A stretch of 64,000 nucleotides of DNA, from assembly GCA_902826885.1 (NCBI GenBank), contig CADEGL010000007.1:10588-74587 (forward strand), in the 5' to 3' direction. Below the pieces are notes generated by a model. That model was not told where the DNA came from. It did no database searches and saw only the letters and a list, made by a program, of their open reading frames with translations. Position numbers and translations under genes: made by a program. This DNA is from an uncultured Alphaproteobacteria bacterium (GTDB taxonomy: Bacteria > Pseudomonadota > Alphaproteobacteria > CADEGL01). Position 1 is the stretch's first letter; each line of letters opens with the position of its first letter. Positions 27,684-37,275 of this stretch are shown piece by piece.

Positions 27684-29365
27684 CCGACCGGCTGCGCCTC
27701 TGCGCGGTGGTTCCGACCCATAACCATTGGCAGGCCCTTGGCGGCGTGCTCGACGAGCTGTGCAACCGCGATATCCCCGTCTTCCTGATCGACGACGGCA
27801 GCGATCCCGATGCCTCCGCCCGGATCGCCGGGATGGCGGCGGAGCGCACCGGCATCGAGCTGCATCGCTTCGCGGCCAATCGCGGCAAGGGCGCGGCCGT
27901 CCTGGCCGGCTTTCAGATGGCAAGCGCGGCCGGCTTTACCCACGCGATCCAGATTGATGCCGACGGTCAGCATGATTTGAACGCCTTGCCGCGACTGATC
28001 GCGCTGGCCCATCGGCATCCGGATACGCTCGTCAGCGGCATCGCCACCTACGACGCCTCGGTGCCGCTTGGCCGCAAGATCGGACGCTGGATCACCCATG
28101 TCTGGGTCTGGATCGAAACTCTCTCGTTCCGGGTTCGGGACAGCATGTGCGGCTTTCGGATCTATCCCTTGGCCGCCGTTTCCGCCCTGTCCGCCTCCGG
28201 CGCGCGGATCGGCACGCGGATGGATTTCGATACGGAAATTCTCGTGCGTTTGGTTTGGACGGGCGTGCCCCTGCTGGAGGTGCCGGTGGGCGTCATGTAT
28301 CCGCCCGGCAACCGGTCCAACTTCCGCATGGTAGCGGACAATTGGCGCATCTCGAAAATGCACACCCGTCTGGCCTTTGGGATGGTTGCGAATCTGCGCC
28401 GCGTGCTGGCCCACCCGCCGCGCGCGCCCGGACAGGGTCCCCATTGGTCATGGCTGATGGAACGCGGCGCCTATTGGGGTCTGCGCATCAGCGCGGCGTA
28501 TCTCCGCCTGTTCGGGCGGCGCGGCAGCATCATCGCGCTCTCGCCCATCATTTTTTATTTCTATCTATCGGGCGGTGTGCAGCGCCGCGCCTCGCGGGAT
28601 TTTCTGACGCGCGCCTTCGCCGCGTCCGGGATCAGGCGCACGCCCGGATTCGTCGATGGTTTCCGGCACTTCATGGCTTTCGCCGAACGGACCATCGATG
28701 CGTTCGCCGCTTGGACCGGGCGCATGCCCACGGGCGCGTTCGCCTACGGCGACGCGGCCGCACTGCATGGCGCGATCGCCGATCCGCGCGGCGCGCTGTT
28801 CATCGTGTCCCATCTGGGCAATATCGACATGACGCGCGCGCTTTTGGACGAGCCCACGCGACGGCGCCTCACGATCTTGGTTCATGATCGCCACGCGCGG
28901 AATTACGGGCGCATCCTGCGCGAGTTCGGCGCCGATGCCGAACGGAACACGATTCAAGTGACGGAAGTGGGCGCGGAGACCGCGGTCGCGCTGAAGGAGC
29001 GGGTCGAGGCCGGGTCCTGGATCGTCCTGGCCGGCGACCGGACACCCGTGAAAGGCCAAGGGCGCACCAGCCTGGCGCCGTTCATGGGCGCTCCCGCGCC
29101 TTTTCCCCAAGGCCCCTACATCATGGCCGCGCTTCTGGAGTGTCCAGTCTATTTGCTGTTCTGCCTCAAAATCGGAGGCCGGTACGTGCTCAACGCGGAG
29201 CGCTTCGCCGAGCGGATCGAACTGCCGCGCGGCGAACGCGCGGCGCGGCTCGACGCCTATGCGACGCGCTATGCCGCGCGGCTGGAGCACCACGCGCTGC
29301 GCGCGCCGTTCCAATGGTACAATTTCTTCGACTTCTGGGCCCCGCCACGGAACGACGCGCCATGA
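27680..29365 (+). CDS. Glycosyltransferase family 2 fused to an LpxL/HtrB-like lipid acyltransferase domain (ApeJ-like plus acyltransferase)
   Basis: The N-terminal GT-A fold has a DxD-like IDDGSD motif. The C-terminal ~300 aa resemble lauroyl/Kdo2-lipid IVA acyltransferases. The start overlaps the upstream stop (ATGA). Confidence 0.65.
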   Translation: MTDRLRLCAVVPTHNHWQALGGVLDELCNRDIPVFLIDDGSDPDASARIAGMAAERTGIELHRFAANRGKGAAVLAGFQMASAAGFTHAIQIDADGQHDLNALPRLIALAHRHPDTLVSGIATYDASVPLGRKIGRWITHVWVWIETLSFRVRDSMCGFRIYPLAAVSALSASGARIGTRMDFDTEILVRLVWTGVPLLEVPVGVMYPPGNRSNFRMVADNWRISKMHTRLAFGMVANLRRVLAHPPRAPGQGPHWSWLMERGAYWGLRISAAYLRLFGRRGSIIALSPIIFYFYLSGGVQRRASRDFLTRAFAASGIRRTPGFVDGFRHFMAFAERTIDAFAAWTGRMPTGAFAYGDAAALHGAIADPRGALFIVSHLGNIDMTRALLDEPTRRRLTILVHDRHARNYGRILREFGADAERNTIQVTEVGAETAVALKERVEAGSWIVLAGDRTPVKGQGRTSLAPFMGAPAPFPQGPYIMAALLECPVYLLFCLKIGGRYVLNAERFAERIELPRGERAARLDAYATRYAARLEHHALRAPFQWYNFFDFWAPPRNDAP

Positions 29366-29769
29366 TCTCCGCCAAGATCGCCATTACGCCGCAATTTTAC
29401 GACATCGACCCGATGCAGGTGGTCTGGCACGGCAATTACGCGCGGTTTTTCGAGATCGCGCGCTGTGCTCTTCTGGATCGAATCGGCTATGGCTACGAGG
29501 CCATGGCCGCCTCGGGCTATGCCTGGCCCATCGTCGATCTGCGCATCCGCTATGCCCGCCCCGTCAAGCTGTTCCAAGGCTTGGAGGTCGAGGCCAATCT
29601 GGTGGCCTATGAAAACTATCTGCGCATCGCCTATCGCTGCCGGGACGCCCAAAGCGGCGAAACCCTGACCAAGGGACAGACCACCCAGGTCGCCGTGTCC
29701 TTGCAGAGCGGCGAAACCTGTCTCGAATCGCCCGAGGTGTTTCTCGAAAAAGTCAGACGGCTCTTGTGA
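29362..29769 (+). CDS. Hotdog-fold acyl-CoA/acyl-ACP thioesterase (4HBT/YbgC-like; ApeK-like)
   Basis: YDIDPMQVVWHGNYARFFE is a 4HBT signature. The start overlaps the upstream stop (ATGA). Confidence 0.75.
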   Translation: MISAKIAITPQFYDIDPMQVVWHGNYARFFEIARCALLDRIGYGYEAMAASGYAWPIVDLRIRYARPVKLFQGLEVEANLVAYENYLRIAYRCRDAQSGETLTKGQTTQVAVSLQSGETCLESPEVFLEKVRRLL

Positions 29770-30395
29770 AACGTCTTCTCTCCATCCTCCTGGCCGCGCT
29801 CCTATCAGCCGCCGCGCCTGCTTGGGCCGCCGACGGAACCGTCACGGCCGGCATCCTGAAGCCCGGTGAAGCGCTCCGCGGCAAATTCCTGCAGGAGCGC
29901 AGGCTGCAGGGCTTCGACGCGCCGCTCAAGACCGAGGGCAGCTACCTGCTCTCGCCCGCCTCGGGCTTGCTGTGGCGCGCGGAAAAGCCCTTCGCCGTCG
30001 TGACCATGATCAACGGCGACGGGCTGGTTCAACTGGCGAACGGGCAAGAGACCCTGCGCCTGCCCGCCGCCCGCCTGCCCTTCCTGTCCCGCCTGTTCGC
30101 CGTCTTCGAGGGGGCCTTGCTTGGCGATTGGCGCAAGCTGTCCGACCAGTTCACCGTGGCGCAGTCCGGCAATGAGCGCGATTGGACCTTGGCGCTGACG
30201 CCGCTGAAAAACGGCGATGCCGAGGTCATGCCAATCTCGCGCATCAACGTTTCGGGCGGACGGTTCGTGCAGAAGGTGGAGATCGTCCGCGTCAACGGCG
30301 ATTCCGACCGTATCACCTTCAGCGACCAGACCGTGGTGCAAGACAAGCCCACGCCGGACGAGATTCAGCTCTTCTCCAAGGTGAAAACCCCGTGA
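29766..30395 (+). CDS. LolA-like outer-membrane lipoprotein carrier protein (ApeL-like)
   Basis: It has a signal peptide and is LolA-sized at 209 aa. Its GTG start overlaps the upstream stop (GTGA). Confidence 0.6.
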   Translation: MKRLLSILLAALLSAAAPAWAADGTVTAGILKPGEALRGKFLQERRLQGFDAPLKTEGSYLLSPASGLLWRAEKPFAVVTMINGDGLVQLANGQETLRLPAARLPFLSRLFAVFEGALLGDWRKLSDQFTVAQSGNERDWTLALTPLKNGDAEVMPISRINVSGGRFVQKVEIVRVNGDSDRITFSDQTVVQDKPTPDEIQLFSKVKTP

Positions 30396-32701
30396 GACGC
30401 ACGGCCGCGCTGATCTGGCTGGCGCTGGTCTGCCTGTCCGCCGGCTATGTCGGCTATCAGGCCGTGAACGGCATCGCCCTGCGCACCGATCTGACCGCGC
30501 TTCTGCCGCGCGACGAACGCGACCCCATCTTGCAGAAGGTCAACGATGCGGTGTCTTCGTCCCTGTCGCGCCGCGCGGTCTTCCTGGTCGGCCATGCCGA
30601 ACGCGCCAAGGCGCGCCAAGGCGCTGCGTCCGTCAGCCAGGCGCTGGCTGCCTCGGGAGCGTTCTCCATCGAACGCGACGCGTTGAACGCGGAGCGCCTG
30701 AAGCGGGTGGGCGCGCTCTACTGGCCGCACCGGGGTGCGCTTTTGTCCAACGCCGACCGCGCGGCACTTCAGGCCGATCAGGGCGAGGCCGTTGCCACCC
30801 GCGCCTTGTCGCAGGCTTACGGCTTTGTCGGGCTGTCGGATTCGCGGTTGCTGGTCGAGGACCCCTTTCTCCTTTTCCCGGCTTTCATGTCGCACCTGCC
30901 CTTTCCGATGTCCCGCCTGTCGGTCGACGACGGCATGCTGTCGGCCCACGCACAAGGCATGACCTGGATCCTGGTCACGGGGCTCGTCGGCGGCGACCCA
31001 TACGATCTCGCCGTGCAGGAAGCCGCCGTCGCGGCCTACGACACCGCCGTCGCCGCCGCACAAGCGCAGGCGCCGGGTCTTGCGGTCAAGCATCTGGGCG
31101 CGGTGTTCTTCGCGTTCCAGGCGGCGCGCGCCAGTTTGGACGAAGCGCGCATCCTTGCATTTACCGCGGCCGCGGGAACGATTCTCTTGGTCGTCTGCGT
31201 CTTCCGGCGCCTGTCCGTTCTCTGGCTCAACCTCCTCGCGGTCGGAACCGGATTGTTGGTCGGATTGGCCGCCAGCTTGGCCATCTTCGGCGAGATCCAT
31301 GTCGCCTCGCTCCTGTTCGGCACCAGCCTGATCGGTATCGCCGTGGATTACGCACTGCAGTACTCGGTCGGCTTTTTCGACGGCGATGCGCCTGATCCTG
31401 CGCGCCGGTTGAGCCATGTCCTGTCCGGCATCAGCCTGGGTCTGCTTTGCACCTTGATCGGCTATATCGCGCTCATGCTGGCCCCCTTTCCCGGCCTGCG
31501 GCAAATCGCCGTCTTTTCCGCCATTGGATTGGGCGCGGCCTTCGCCAGCGTCGTGCTGTGGTTTCCGCGGCTCGACCGCACGCCCATGCTGCACCATGGA
31601 CGGCCGGTGCTTGGCGCCATGGCCGCGCTTTGGCGGGTCTGGGAAACCCCCGTCGGCCGCCGCGCGGTTGCGGCGATTCTGGTTGCCTTGGCCATCGCGG
31701 GGACGGCGGGGCTCACGCGGCTGCATGCCAACGACGATGTGCGTTCCATGCAATCGCTGTCCAAGCCGCTCTTGCGCGAACAAGAGGAAGTGCGCGACAT
31801 CATCGGCGCAACCGTGTCGCCGCAGTTCATCCTCGTGCGCGCCGGCAGCGACGACGCGGCGTTACGCACGGAAGAGGAGCTGGCCGTGCGGCTCGCCCCG
31901 CTGGTGACGGACGGCGCCTTGTCCGGCTTTCAGACACCGGCCGCCTTCGTTCCCTCGCCCGAACGCCAGGCGGAGAACCGGAGACTGATCCGCGATCGGT
32001 TGGAGGCGCCGTTTCTTGCCCGTCAGCGCGCGGCCCTGGGTCTGGCGCCCGCGCCGCCGGGCGTCGAGCGCGACGATACCGTCCTGACGCTGGACGATGC
32101 GCTCGGCAGCGGCGCGGTCCCGTTCTTGAGCCAGCTGATCATCGCACCCGGTGTCCATGTCGTGATGCTGGAAGGGTTGACCGACGCCGACGCGCTGCGC
32201 GCCACGCTTGCGTCCTTGCCCGGCGTGCGTCTCGTAGACCCGACCGGGGATTTCAGCGCCCTGTTGTCCAAATACCGCCATCAAGCGCTGTGGCAATTGG
32301 CGCTGACCGCGGCGCTCGTCGCGCCGGTCTTGCTATGGCGCTATGGCTGGCGCCGCGGCGTCCTGGTGCTCGTGCCTTCCGTCGCGGCGGTGGTTCTGAC
32401 ACCCGCGCTCCTCGCACTGATCGGACAAGCCATGACGTTCTTCCACGCCATGGCGCTCGTCTTGGTTCTGGCGATCGGGGTCGATTACGCCGTGTTCTGC
32501 GCGGAAAGCAGCCACGCGCGCCGGCCGCTGACCATGCTGGCGATCCTCTTGGCGGCGATGACCACCACGCTTTCGTTCGGCCTTCTGGCCTTCAGCCGCG
32601 CCCATGCCGTCCATGTCTTCGGCTTGACCGTGTTGATCGGGATCACCTTAGCGTTCTTGCTCGCTCCCTTGGCGGCGGCCGGCAGGGCACGGAAGCCGTG
32701 A
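30392..32701 (+). CDS. MMPL/RND-superfamily exporter (ApeM-like)
   Basis: It is ~770 aa with 12 transmembrane segments and two periplasmic loops. The start overlaps the upstream stop (GTGA). Confidence 0.75.
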   Translation: MRRTAALIWLALVCLSAGYVGYQAVNGIALRTDLTALLPRDERDPILQKVNDAVSSSLSRRAVFLVGHAERAKARQGAASVSQALAASGAFSIERDALNAERLKRVGALYWPHRGALLSNADRAALQADQGEAVATRALSQAYGFVGLSDSRLLVEDPFLLFPAFMSHLPFPMSRLSVDDGMLSAHAQGMTWILVTGLVGGDPYDLAVQEAAVAAYDTAVAAAQAQAPGLAVKHLGAVFFAFQAARASLDEARILAFTAAAGTILLVVCVFRRLSVLWLNLLAVGTGLLVGLAASLAIFGEIHVASLLFGTSLIGIAVDYALQYSVGFFDGDAPDPARRLSHVLSGISLGLLCTLIGYIALMLAPFPGLRQIAVFSAIGLGAAFASVVLWFPRLDRTPMLHHGRPVLGAMAALWRVWETPVGRRAVAAILVALAIAGTAGLTRLHANDDVRSMQSLSKPLLREQEEVRDIIGATVSPQFILVRAGSDDAALRTEEELAVRLAPLVTDGALSGFQTPAAFVPSPERQAENRRLIRDRLEAPFLARQRAALGLAPAPPGVERDDTVLTLDDALGSGAVPFLSQLIIAPGVHVVMLEGLTDADALRATLASLPGVRLVDPTGDFSALLSKYRHQALWQLALTAALVAPVLLWRYGWRRGVLVLVPSVAAVVLTPALLALIGQAMTFFHAMALVLVLAIGVDYAVFCAESSHARRPLTMLAILLAAMTTTLSFGLLAFSRAHAVHVFGLTVLIGITLAFLLAPLAAAGRARKP

Positions 32702-33291
32702 GCACTCCGCTTCGCCCGCTCGGACTACTCGCGTCCGCGCTTATGCTGCTGCAAGCCTGCGCCAGCAGCCCGCCGCCGGCCGGCGATCAGGCGATGATCG
32801 CGCCAGGCCACGTCTTGACCCTGCCCGCGCCGGCCGAATATGGCCGCCGCGCCGAGGTGGCGCAGCTCGTCACCGTCCATTGGCGGGATCAGACATTCGG
32901 CTTCGAAGCGCGTATCTCGATCACACCGCAACAGGTGGTCATCGCGGGAATCGACGGTATGGGACGGCGCGCCATGACCATCACCTGGAACGATTCCGGC
33001 GTCAGCCAGGAAGCCGCCCCATGGCTGCCCGAGGCGATGCAGCCCGGCCCGGTGCTGGCGGACATTGTCGTGCTTTATTGGCCCGAAGACGCCGTGCGCC
33101 GCGCGCTTGCCGCGGCCGGCGCCACGTTGACGGCCGATGCCACGCGCCGCACGGTCCTGATTGACGGCAAGCCGGTGCTTGAAGCCGAATACCAGTTCGT
33201 GCCCGGCGTCGCATGGCCGCACAAGGTTCGATATCGTAATCTCGCCTGGGGATATTCGATGGAAATCGATTCCGTCGAATCGAACGGATAG
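32698..33291 (+). CDS. DUF3261-family lipoprotein (ApeN-like)
   Basis: It has a lipobox (LLQACAS). The start overlaps the upstream stop (GTGA). Confidence 0.6.
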   Translation: MSTPLRPLGLLASALMLLQACASSPPPAGDQAMIAPGHVLTLPAPAEYGRRAEVAQLVTVHWRDQTFGFEARISITPQQVVIAGIDGMGRRAMTITWNDSGVSQEAAPWLPEAMQPGPVLADIVVLYWPEDAVRRALAAAGATLTADATRRTVLIDGKPVLEAEYQFVPGVAWPHKVRYRNLAWGYSMEIDSVESNG

Positions 33292-33293
33292 CG

Positions 33294-34493
33294 ATGGGCG
33301 ATCAACTCGGCATTCCGGCGATGGGCATCATTGCGCCCATCGGATCGAACAAGGACGCAACGGCACAGGCCTTGTGGGCGGGCGGGCGCGCTGGCCTGTC
33401 CTTGCGCGCCGACATCGCCGTCGGGCGAAAGGTGTATGTCGGCGCCGTGGCGGACGAATTTCCCTCGATACCGGCGGGGCTCGAAGGTTTCGCTTCCCGC
33501 AACAACCGCATGATGCTGGCTGCGCTCGCGCAGATCGCCGACGCGGTGCGCGCCGCCGTCGCGCGCTACGGCTGCGCGCGCGTGGCCGTCATTCTCGGCA
33601 CCAGCACGGGCGGGCTGGCCGAAGGCGAGCATGCTTACGGGCAGCGTAAGACCACCGGCGTCTGGCCCAACAGCTACGCCTATACGCTGCAAGAGGTCGG
33701 CGGTCTGGCGGAATGCGCGGCGCAAGCCTTCGGTATTACCGGCCCGGCCTATACGGTCGCGACCGCCTGTTCTTCCAGCGCCAAGGTCTTCGCCTCGGCC
33801 CGGCGCCTGATCCGCGCGGGTTTTTGCGACGCGGCGGTGGTCGGCGGCTGCGACACGCTCTGCGGCACCACGGTGAACGGGTTCGGCGCGCTGGAATCTT
33901 TGTCGGCGGGCATCTGCAATCCATTCAGCGCCAACCGCGACGGGCTCAATATCGGCGAGGCCGCGGCCGCGTTCCTGCTGGTGCCCGAGGATGCGCCGGT
34001 CCAGTTGCTCGGCATCGGCGAAAGCTCGGACGCCTACCATATCAGCGCACCCGATCCGCAAGGGATCGGCGCCGCCGCCGCGATGACCAGAGCTTTGGAA
34101 GACGCCGGAATCGAGCCCAGCGACATCGGCTATATCAACCTGCACGGCACGGCCACGCGACTGAACGACGCGATGGAAGCCCGCGCCGTCGATTCCGTCT
34201 TCGGCCTCGAAACGCCGTGCAGCTCGACCAAGGCCATGACCGGCCACACGCTGGGCGCCGCAGGCGCGTGCGAGGCCGCGTTTCTATGGCTTGCGCTTCA
34301 TCCCCAATATGGCGACGGGCGCGTGCCGCCTCATCTGTGGGACGGCGTGCGCGACGACGATATCCCCTCTCTTGCTCTGGCGCCGAAGGGATTGCGCCTG
34401 CCGCCGACCGAACGGGCCGCGATGCTGAGCAATTCCTTCGCCTTCGGCGGCAGCAATTGCTCTCTCATCTTGGCGCGAGGTTTCCCGGCATGA
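33294..34493 (+). CDS. Beta-ketoacyl-ACP synthase (ApeO-like)
   Basis: It has an active-site Cys (TACSSS), catalytic His residues (HGTAT, GHTLGAAG) and an FAFGGSNCSLIL motif. Confidence 0.85.
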   Translation: MGDQLGIPAMGIIAPIGSNKDATAQALWAGGRAGLSLRADIAVGRKVYVGAVADEFPSIPAGLEGFASRNNRMMLAALAQIADAVRAAVARYGCARVAVILGTSTGGLAEGEHAYGQRKTTGVWPNSYAYTLQEVGGLAECAAQAFGITGPAYTVATACSSSAKVFASARRLIRAGFCDAAVVGGCDTLCGTTVNGFGALESLSAGICNPFSANRDGLNIGEAAAAFLLVPEDAPVQLLGIGESSDAYHISAPDPQGIGAAAAMTRALEDAGIEPSDIGYINLHGTATRLNDAMEARAVDSVFGLETPCSSTKAMTGHTLGAAGACEAAFLWLALHPQYGDGRVPPHLWDGVRDDDIPSLALAPKGLRLPPTERAAMLSNSFAFGGSNCSLILARGFPA

Positions 34494-34969
34494 GGCCCTG
34501 CGCCTATCCGATCGAATGGCTGGTGCCGCACGCGCGGCCCATGATCCTGATCGACGAGGTGCTGTATTGGGACGGCGCCTTGTTGAAGACAGGGCTGACG
34601 GTCCGGGCCGGCATGCCATTCTTCCGCGCCGGCCAGGGCGTGCCCGCCCATGTGGCGATCGAGTTCATGGCGCAAAGCTGTGGCGCCTTCATCGGCATGG
34701 AGGCGATGGAGAAGGGTGAGGATGTGCGCCTTGGCTTCCTGCTCGGCACGCGGAATTTCGCGTCGCAGATCCCCTGGTTCGCCGAGAAGGCGCGCCTGAC
34801 CATCGCGGCCTCCATGTCGTTCCGCGACGCGGAAGTCGGCGTTTTCGAATGCGCCGTCGATTGCGATGACGCACCGGCCGCGCAGGCATCCCTGACGCTG
34901 CACCGCCCGGCCGATGCCGGCAAGGCGTTTAATGCCATGCGCACGAGCGCGACCGGAGCCGCGCCATGA
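34490..34969 (+). CDS. 3-hydroxyacyl-ACP dehydratase, hotdog fold (ApeP-like)
   Basis: It has a hotdog fold with HVAIEFMAQS. The start overlaps the upstream stop (ATGA). Confidence 0.65.
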   Translation: MRPCAYPIEWLVPHARPMILIDEVLYWDGALLKTGLTVRAGMPFFRAGQGVPAHVAIEFMAQSCGAFIGMEAMEKGEDVRLGFLLGTRNFASQIPWFAEKARLTIAASMSFRDAEVGVFECAVDCDDAPAAQASLTLHRPADAGKAFNAMRTSATGAAP

Positions 34970-35694
34970 CCGCGCGCAGCATCTTGGTCACCGGCGCCAG
35001 CAAAGGCATCGGCCGCGCGATCGCCGTGCGCTTGGCGAAAGACGGGTTCGCCATCGTGGTCCACTACGGCCGCGATGCGGACGCGGCCGCGGACACGGCA
35101 CGGCAGATCGCCGGGATGGGCGGATCGGCGCGCACAATCGGTTTCGACATCGCCGACCGCGCCGTAACCAAAGCCGCGCTGGAAGCGGACATGGAGGCGC
35201 ACGGCGTCTATTGGGGCGTCGTGCTCAATGCCGGCATCGCACGCGACGCGGCCTTTCCCGCCATGGAAGACGGCGAGTGGGATGCCGTCTTGGGTACCAA
35301 TCTGGACGGATTCTACAACGTGCTGCGCCCCGTGGTCATGCCCATGGTATCCGCGCGACGCGGCGGGCGAATCGTCACGCTTTCATCGGTGTCTGGACTG
35401 ACCGGCAACCGCGGCCAGGTCAATTACAGTGCCGCCAAGGCTGGGATCATCGGCGCGACCAAGGCGCTGGCGGTCGAGCTGGCCAAGCGCGAGATCACCG
35501 TGAACTGCGTGGCGCCCGGCCTCATCCAAACCCAGATGATCGAAGGCGTACCGCTTGAGGAGGTGCAGAAGCTGATCCCGATGCGGCGGATCGGGCGGCC
35601 CGAGGATGTGGCCGGCGCGGTCGGTTTCCTTTGCTCCGACGATGCCGCCTACGTCACCCGGCAGGTCATCGCCGTTAACGGAGGCATGGTGTGA
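34966..35694 (+). CDS. fabG: 3-oxoacyl-ACP reductase (FabG-like; ApeQ-like)
   Basis: It has TGASKGIGRAIA, NAG and YSAAK motifs. The start overlaps the upstream stop (ATGA). Confidence 0.85.
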   Translation: MTARSILVTGASKGIGRAIAVRLAKDGFAIVVHYGRDADAAADTARQIAGMGGSARTIGFDIADRAVTKAALEADMEAHGVYWGVVLNAGIARDAAFPAMEDGEWDAVLGTNLDGFYNVLRPVVMPMVSARRGGRIVTLSSVSGLTGNRGQVNYSAAKAGIIGATKALAVELAKREITVNCVAPGLIQTQMIEGVPLEEVQKLIPMRRIGRPEDVAGAVGFLCSDDAAYVTRQVIAVNGGMV

Positions 35695-36920
35695 CGCGGC
35701 GCGTGGTCGTCACCGGCATGGGCGGAATCACGGCGCTGGGCCAAAGCTGGGCCGAGATCCGCACACCGATGCTGCGGGGCAAAACGGCCGTGCGCTATAT
35801 GCCCGAATGGGAACAGTACGAAGGCATCAGCACCCGCCTCGCGGCTCCCATCGCGGGCTTCTCGGTCGATGCGCTTTATCCGCGCAAGAAGACGCGCACC
35901 ATGGGGCCGGTGTCGAAGATGGCCGTGCGGGCAACCGACCTGGCGCTGGAAGATGCGGGCCTACGGCAGGACCCCGTGATCGGCGGCGGCCGGACTTGCG
36001 TTGCGTATGGATCGTCTTTCGGCAGTCCCGATCCCGTTCTAGGATTCGCCGAACTAAAAATGCACGGCACGTCCCGCAAGCTCAACGCGACGAGCTATGT
36101 GCAGATGATGAGCCACACGGCGGCGGTCAATATCGGGCTGTTCTTCGGCGTCACCGGCCGCATCATCCCGACCTCCAGCGCCTGCACCTCCGGCAGCCAA
36201 GGTATCGGCTACGCCTACGAAGCAATCCGCTGGGGACGCGCCGACCTGGCCATCGCCGGAGGGGCGGAAGAGATCGATATCACCCAATCCGCCGTGTTCG
36301 ACACGCTGTTCGCCACCAGCACGCGCAACGACCGGCCCGAAACCACGCCGCGCCCCTTTGACCGCGATCGGGACGGCCTGGTCATCGGCGAGGGTGCCGC
36401 GACATTGATCCTGGAGGAGCGCGAACGCGCCCTTGCCCGCGGGGCGACGATCTATGCCGAGATCGCGGGCTTCGCGTGTAATTCGGATGGCAACCACATC
36501 ACGCAGCCCCAGGCAGGCACCATGGCCAGCGCATTACGCCTGGCGCTCGAGGATGCCAGCCTGGATGCGGAAGCGATCGGCTTTATCAGCGGCCACGGCA
36601 CGGCGACGGACACGGGCGACATGGCTGAGTCCAAAGCCACGCACGACGTATTGGGGGCGCGCGTGCCGATCCATTCGCTGAAATCGTATCTCGGCCACAC
36701 GCTCGGCGCCTGTGGCGCCATCGAGACGTGGCTGGGTATCGAAATGATGCGGGAAGGTCACTTTGCCGCGACCGCCAACTTGGAAAATCCCGACCCGCAA
36801 TGCGCGGACCTGGATCATGTCATGGGTGCGCCGCGCCGCGCCGATGTCGAATACATGATTTGTAACAACTTCGCGTTTGGCGGGATCAATACCTCGATCG
36901 TCGTCCGCAACGCCCGATGA
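35691..36920 (+). CDS. Beta-ketoacyl-ACP synthase II-like (ApeR-like)
   Basis: It has an active-site Cys (SSACTSG), HGTAT and GHTLGAxG. Its GTG start overlaps the upstream stop (GTGA). Confidence 0.85.
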   Translation: MTRRVVVTGMGGITALGQSWAEIRTPMLRGKTAVRYMPEWEQYEGISTRLAAPIAGFSVDALYPRKKTRTMGPVSKMAVRATDLALEDAGLRQDPVIGGGRTCVAYGSSFGSPDPVLGFAELKMHGTSRKLNATSYVQMMSHTAAVNIGLFFGVTGRIIPTSSACTSGSQGIGYAYEAIRWGRADLAIAGGAEEIDITQSAVFDTLFATSTRNDRPETTPRPFDRDRDGLVIGEGAATLILEERERALARGATIYAEIAGFACNSDGNHITQPQAGTMASALRLALEDASLDAEAIGFISGHGTATDTGDMAESKATHDVLGARVPIHSLKSYLGHTLGACGAIETWLGIEMMREGHFAATANLENPDPQCADLDHVMGAPRRADVEYMICNNFAFGGINTSIVVRNAR

Positions 36921-36944
36921 CTGGGCCCAGCCCATCGAAGCTGC

Positions 36945-36970
36945 GCGCGATTTCTAATTTCGCGCTTTTC
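36945..36970 (+). terminator. Rho-independent terminator closing the 16-gene operon
   Basis: A GCGCGA-9nt-TCGCGC hairpin is followed by TTTTC. Confidence 0.55.
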
Positions 36971-37100
36971 AAAAATGACCGGCGGTGGCCATCGCCACTC
37001 CTGTTCGGCAGGAGCTGGGCTGCCCCCTTGCTCACCCGCTAGGTAAAACGGGTTGCCTCAAAACACCGCTATTGCTGCAAGTGATTGATTTTCAACGGAG

Positions 37101-37187
37101 TGGTGCCCCTGGCCGGACTCGAACCAGCACGATGTCGCCACCAACAGATTTTGAGTCTGCCGCGTCTACCAATTCCGCCACAGGGGC
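37101..37187 (-). tRNA. tRNA-Leu (anticodon CAA), class II with a long variable arm
   Basis: Manual fold gives a perfect 7-bp acceptor stem GCCCCTG/CAGGGGC, a GTTCGAGTC T-loop, the anticodon loop CTCAAAA and an encoded CCA. Confidence 0.85.
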
Positions 37188-37275
37188 TCCGACGCGCCGC
37201 TAGATCCGGCGCGGACGACGGCGCGGATCATACTCGGCGCCCGGAGGGCGTCAACCGCGGCTCTCCGAGGGCAAC

